Shown here piece by piece: positions 36,051-39,060 of a DNA stretch of 39,060 nucleotides. The number at the start of each line of letters is the position of its first letter. Within the stretch, counting starts at the first letter, position 1. A model generated the notes under the pieces. The model ran no database searches. It was not told the origin of the DNA and worked only from the letters and a program-made list of their open reading frames with translations. The translations under genes were made by a program, and so were the position numbers. This stretch comes from a virus (taxonomy: Duplodnaviria; Caudoviricetes), in IMG/VR virus record IMGVR_UViG_3300024283_000098, positions 1 through 39,060 of that record; one strand, given 5' to 3'.

Positions 36051-37040
36051 ATGGCCCTTCCGGTCATGTCGCCGGCACCGGCAAACACCTATATCGAGAC
36101 CACCGCGCCGAACGTCCGCGAAGACCTCGCGGATATCATCTATCAGATCGACAAAGACGAGACCCCAATGGTGTCGATGCTCGATAGCGTCGGCGCCGAT
36201 CAGGTGCTGACCGAATGGCTGCTGCAAGAACTCAACCCGGCCGCCAATGTGCCGCAGCCCGAGGGTTTCACCGCCGCGATGAGCCCGGCCAAGAAGCCGT
36301 CGCGGTTGAATAACATCTGTCAAATCCTCGCCCGCACCGTGTCGGTGTCCGATACGCTGCGCGTGGTGCAGCAGGTCGGCGAGGAAGAATTCGCCCGTCA
36401 ACTCCTGCTGCGCGGTCAGGAGCTCAAGCGTGATCTGGAACTCGCCATCACGTCGGAGTCGGTAAAAACCATCGCCGACCCGCGCGCGCTCGCCGGGTTC
36501 CCGACCTGGTGCAGCGTCGGGTCGGTCGGCGCCGGGGCGGGCGTGCTGCCGGTCGGCGACGGCACCAACGGGCACACGCCGGGGACGCTGCGCGATCTGA
36601 CCATCACCATGGTGGAAGACTGCCTGCAAGCGAATTTCAACAACGGCCAGGTGCCATCGGCGGCGCTGATGTCGGCCAACATCAAGCGCTATTTCAGCGT
36701 GCTGGCGGCGACCACCGGCGCGCCGACCACCAACCCGATCGTGCAACAGAATATCCTGATGTCATCGTCGGCGCAGCCGGTGACACTGAATGGTGCGGTG
36801 GATGTCTACCGCTCGAATTTTGGCGAGATTCAACTGATCCCCGATCGGTTCATTCCCGCGCACATCATCGAACTGGTCAGTCGGGATTTCGTGGAGCTGG
36901 CGCCGCTGCCGAACCGCGACATGATCGAACAGGACTACGGCAAGACCGGCGATTCCACGCAGGGCGGCATTGTCTGGGAAGGCACGCTGCGCGTCACCGC
37001 ACCGAAGGCACAAAGTTGTGTCTTCGATTTGAACCAATAG
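36051..37040 (+). CDS. Major capsid protein (DUF5309/SU10-like)
   Basis: AGGAG RBS; REDLADIIYQIDKDETP, NICQI, ELKRDLE, YRSNFG, KTGDS, EGTLRV. Confidence 0.9.
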   Translation: MALPVMSPAPANTYIETTAPNVREDLADIIYQIDKDETPMVSMLDSVGADQVLTEWLLQELNPAANVPQPEGFTAAMSPAKKPSRLNNICQILARTVSVSDTLRVVQQVGEEEFARQLLLRGQELKRDLELAITSESVKTIADPRALAGFPTWCSVGSVGAGAGVLPVGDGTNGHTPGTLRDLTITMVEDCLQANFNNGQVPSAALMSANIKRYFSVLAATTGAPTTNPIVQQNILMSSSAQPVTLNGAVDVYRSNFGEIQLIPDRFIPAHIIELVSRDFVELAPLPNRDMIEQDYGKTGDSTQGGIVWEGTLRVTAPKAQSCVFDLNQ

Positions 37041-37062
37041 CGGAACGACAGGACACGGCCCG

Positions 37063-37398
37063 ATGGCTCTGGAAAACACCCTGCTCGATATCCATCACCC
37101 GGACACCGGGCGGCGCACCCGCTACGTGCAGACCGAGAACGGCGCGATCATCGTCAACGATCAGGACCGCAGCGCCATTCTCGCAGCCAACGCCATCGAG
37201 CGGTCGATGTTCGACAAGTGGAACGCCTACAAGGCCAACGTCAGCAGCGGCGGCTGGACCAAGGTCGCGTCCATCCCGGCGGCGGATTTCTGGGCACTCG
37301 ATGCGCGCGGCGTGACCCGCCATCCGGCCTCGCTGCGCGCCTGGCTCAATCGCGACGACACCCGCGCGTTCCGCACCGACGACTGCCGAAAACTCTAA
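37063..37398 (+). CDS. Post-capsid hypothetical protein
   Basis: KVASIP...LRAWLN..RAFRT. Confidence 0.7.
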   Translation: MALENTLLDIHHPDTGRRTRYVQTENGAIIVNDQDRSAILAANAIERSMFDKWNAYKANVSSGGWTKVASIPAADFWALDARGVTRHPASLRAWLNRDDTRAFRTDDCRKL

Positions 37399-37432
37399 GC
37401 CCGTGGCACGGCGCAGCAGAGGGAAACGGCCG

Positions 37433-38113
37433 ATGATCGACCCCGATCAGTTCAAAATGCAGCCACCGCCGGCCGCGCAGGCGACGGCTGATGGCGTGCC
37501 GCTGGAGCTGCTGCAAGCCACCTATCCGCCGGACATTCTGCCCGGCCTGGTCGCCAAGGCGACCGGGCAAGCCTATCTGCCGGTGGACGATCCGAGCCGC
37601 TATCCGCCGCCGCCACCACCGCCCGACGATATCGCTTCGAGCGACGAAGCAGGCGATGACGCGACGCTGCGGGAAGGCGACCCATTGGAACCGGCGGTCT
37701 ATCCGCCGGATATCCTGCCGATGCTGGTCGCGAAAGCGACCGACACGGCGGACAACCCGGCGGACGATCCGAGCCTGTTCCCGCCGCCGCCGCCACCGCC
37801 CTCCGACACCGCGTCGGGCGCTGATCCAATCGCCCCCGCCGAACCGGGGCCGCCCGGCAATATCGACGTGCCGGCGGTAACGCAGGACGGCGACACGCTG
37901 GCATGCACGATGGGCAACTGGAGCGGGGAACCCTACGGCTACGCCTATCAGTGGCAGCTTGATGGCAGCGACACCGGCGCCGACAGCGACACGCTGGTGG
38001 TCACAGCCGGTGACGTTGGCAAGACCGCAACCTGCGTGGTGACCGCGAGCAACGACCTCGGCTCTACCGCTGCGCCGCCGTCCAACGGCGTGGTCATTGC
38101 CGCGTTCACATAA
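37433..38113 (+). CDS. Virion protein with duplicated Pro-rich repeat and Ig-like C-terminal domain
   Basis: YPPDILP repeat twice; GDTLACTMGNW..YAYQW..DVGKTATCVVTASN. Confidence 0.7.
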   Translation: MIDPDQFKMQPPPAAQATADGVPLELLQATYPPDILPGLVAKATGQAYLPVDDPSRYPPPPPPPDDIASSDEAGDDATLREGDPLEPAVYPPDILPMLVAKATDTADNPADDPSLFPPPPPPPSDTASGADPIAPAEPGPPGNIDVPAVTQDGDTLACTMGNWSGEPYGYAYQWQLDGSDTGADSDTLVVTAGDVGKTATCVVTASNDLGSTAAPPSNGVVIAAFT

Positions 38114-38127
38114 AGGAGACGCGCCAC

Positions 38128-38472
38128 ATGGCTGATCCTGTCCTCACGACACCGACGCTGCCGGTCGGCCTGCTGAACAAGTATCTGCATCGCGCGCCGC
38201 CGCGCGGATCGACCTATACCAGCGCCGTCGATACGGCAGCGGCGGCCGTGGTGTGGACGGCGCCGGTGTTCCGGCGCGCCAACTTCGCGGCCGGCGGCTA
38301 TCCCACCGACCCGACCCTGGCGACGCCCGCGCTGCCGAGCGGCATCCACCATACAGTCGAATACGCCGCCATCGCCGATGCCACGTTCAAGGCCGCCGTG
38401 GTGACCGCGCAGAACGCCGTGGTGTGGCCGGCGCCCGGCTATCCGCACAGCAATTACGGCGTCTATCCGTGA
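38128..38472 (+). CDS. Hypothetical virion protein
   Basis: AAGGAG RBS. Confidence 0.65.
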   Translation: MADPVLTTPTLPVGLLNKYLHRAPPRGSTYTSAVDTAAAAVVWTAPVFRRANFAAGGYPTDPTLATPALPSGIHHTVEYAAIADATFKAAVVTAQNAVVWPAPGYPHSNYGVYP

Positions 38473-38473
38473 C

Positions 38474-39060
38474 ATGGCGACGCTGGCGCAACTCAGTGCT
38501 GATGTGGCGGGGTGGTTGGATCGCCGCGACGTGGAGCCGCTGATACCCGGCTGGATCGCGATGGCCGAAGCCGACATGCGGCAGATGCTGCGGGCGCGCT
38601 GTATGGTGGTGAAGGCGACGCAGCAGATCGACGCGCCGCTGATCAGCCTGCCGGCGGATTTTGCCACCATGGCGTCGATCCGCGATCTGACCACCGGCAA
38701 ACTTCTCAAACTGGAAGACGATTTCACTGGGCCGCTGTACGGCGACGGCAGTTGCCCGGTGACCAGCTATCGCTTGCAGGGCGACTGCATCGAATTCCTA
38801 CCGCATCCGTTCATCCCTGATCCGCCGCTACTGTCCTGGGTGCCGCAGCCGGTGGAAATGACCTGGTTCCGTGCGCCGAAGCCGTTGCGCGACCCGCAGG
38901 ATACCAACCCGGTGCTGGAACAGCATTACGCGGTCTATCTGTTCGGCACCTGTAAATACGGCGGTATGTTCGAGCTCGATGACGACCGCGCCACGCAGAT
39001 GAAGACCGCGTTCATCGAGGCGGTGACGGCGGTCAATCTGTGGTTCGAAACGTCGACCTA
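38474..39060 (+). CDS. Head-tail adaptor (3'-truncated)
   Basis: MATLAQLSADVAGWLDRRD..WIAMAEA..LRAR..LPADF; open to the window end. Confidence 0.75.
   Translation, partial: MATLAQLSADVAGWLDRRDVEPLIPGWIAMAEADMRQMLRARCMVVKATQQIDAPLISLPADFATMASIRDLTTGKLLKLEDDFTGPLYGDGSCPVTSYRLQGDCIEFLPHPFIPDPPLLSWVPQPVEMTWFRAPKPLRDPQDTNPVLEQHYAVYLFGTCKYGGMFELDDDRATQMKTAFIEAVTAVNLWFETST

Larger units (their letters stand above)
1..39060. mobile_element. Near-complete temperate podovirus-like phage genome (permuted)
   Basis: TerL-portal-scaffold-capsid-adaptor block, nozzle and ejection proteins, no tape measure gene, integrase/Xis, primase/helicase; no host housekeeping genes. Confidence 0.93.

Overview
The window is most of the genome of a high-GC, short-tailed (P22-like gene order) temperate phage. 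The host is probably an alphaproteobacterium, inferred from the GcrA homolog. The sequence appears circularly permuted: it starts inside tail genes and ends inside the head-tail adaptor. Gene order is tail fibre/spike, a free-standing endonuclease VII-type homing endonuclease, tail collar, nozzle, GNAT-like protein, ejection proteins, a plasmid-like Rep/RHH block, Arc-like regulator, tyrosine integrase, Xis, primase, helicase, early accessory genes (ArdC and others), a probable iteron origin, putative TerS, GcrA, a Pro-rich protein, a SAM methyltransferase, a PAPS-reductase-like protein, TerL, portal, scaffold, capsid and adaptor. Four observations stand out. (1) A ~320-nt structured leader before the capsid gene is built from repeated A-GUC..GAC-CAA stem-loops. 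(2) A plasmid-type rep gene has an SD-sequestering hairpin and a candidate antisense ctRNA, inside an integrase-encoding phage. (3) The homing endonuclease sits between an abandoned and a recoded start of the tail-collar gene. (4) A methyltransferase is paired with a Fe-S PP-loop enzyme that lacks the reductase catalytic Cys. All calls come from reading motifs by eye; no database searches or folding programs were run. No tRNA, CRISPR array, CI-type repressor or endolysin was recognised.
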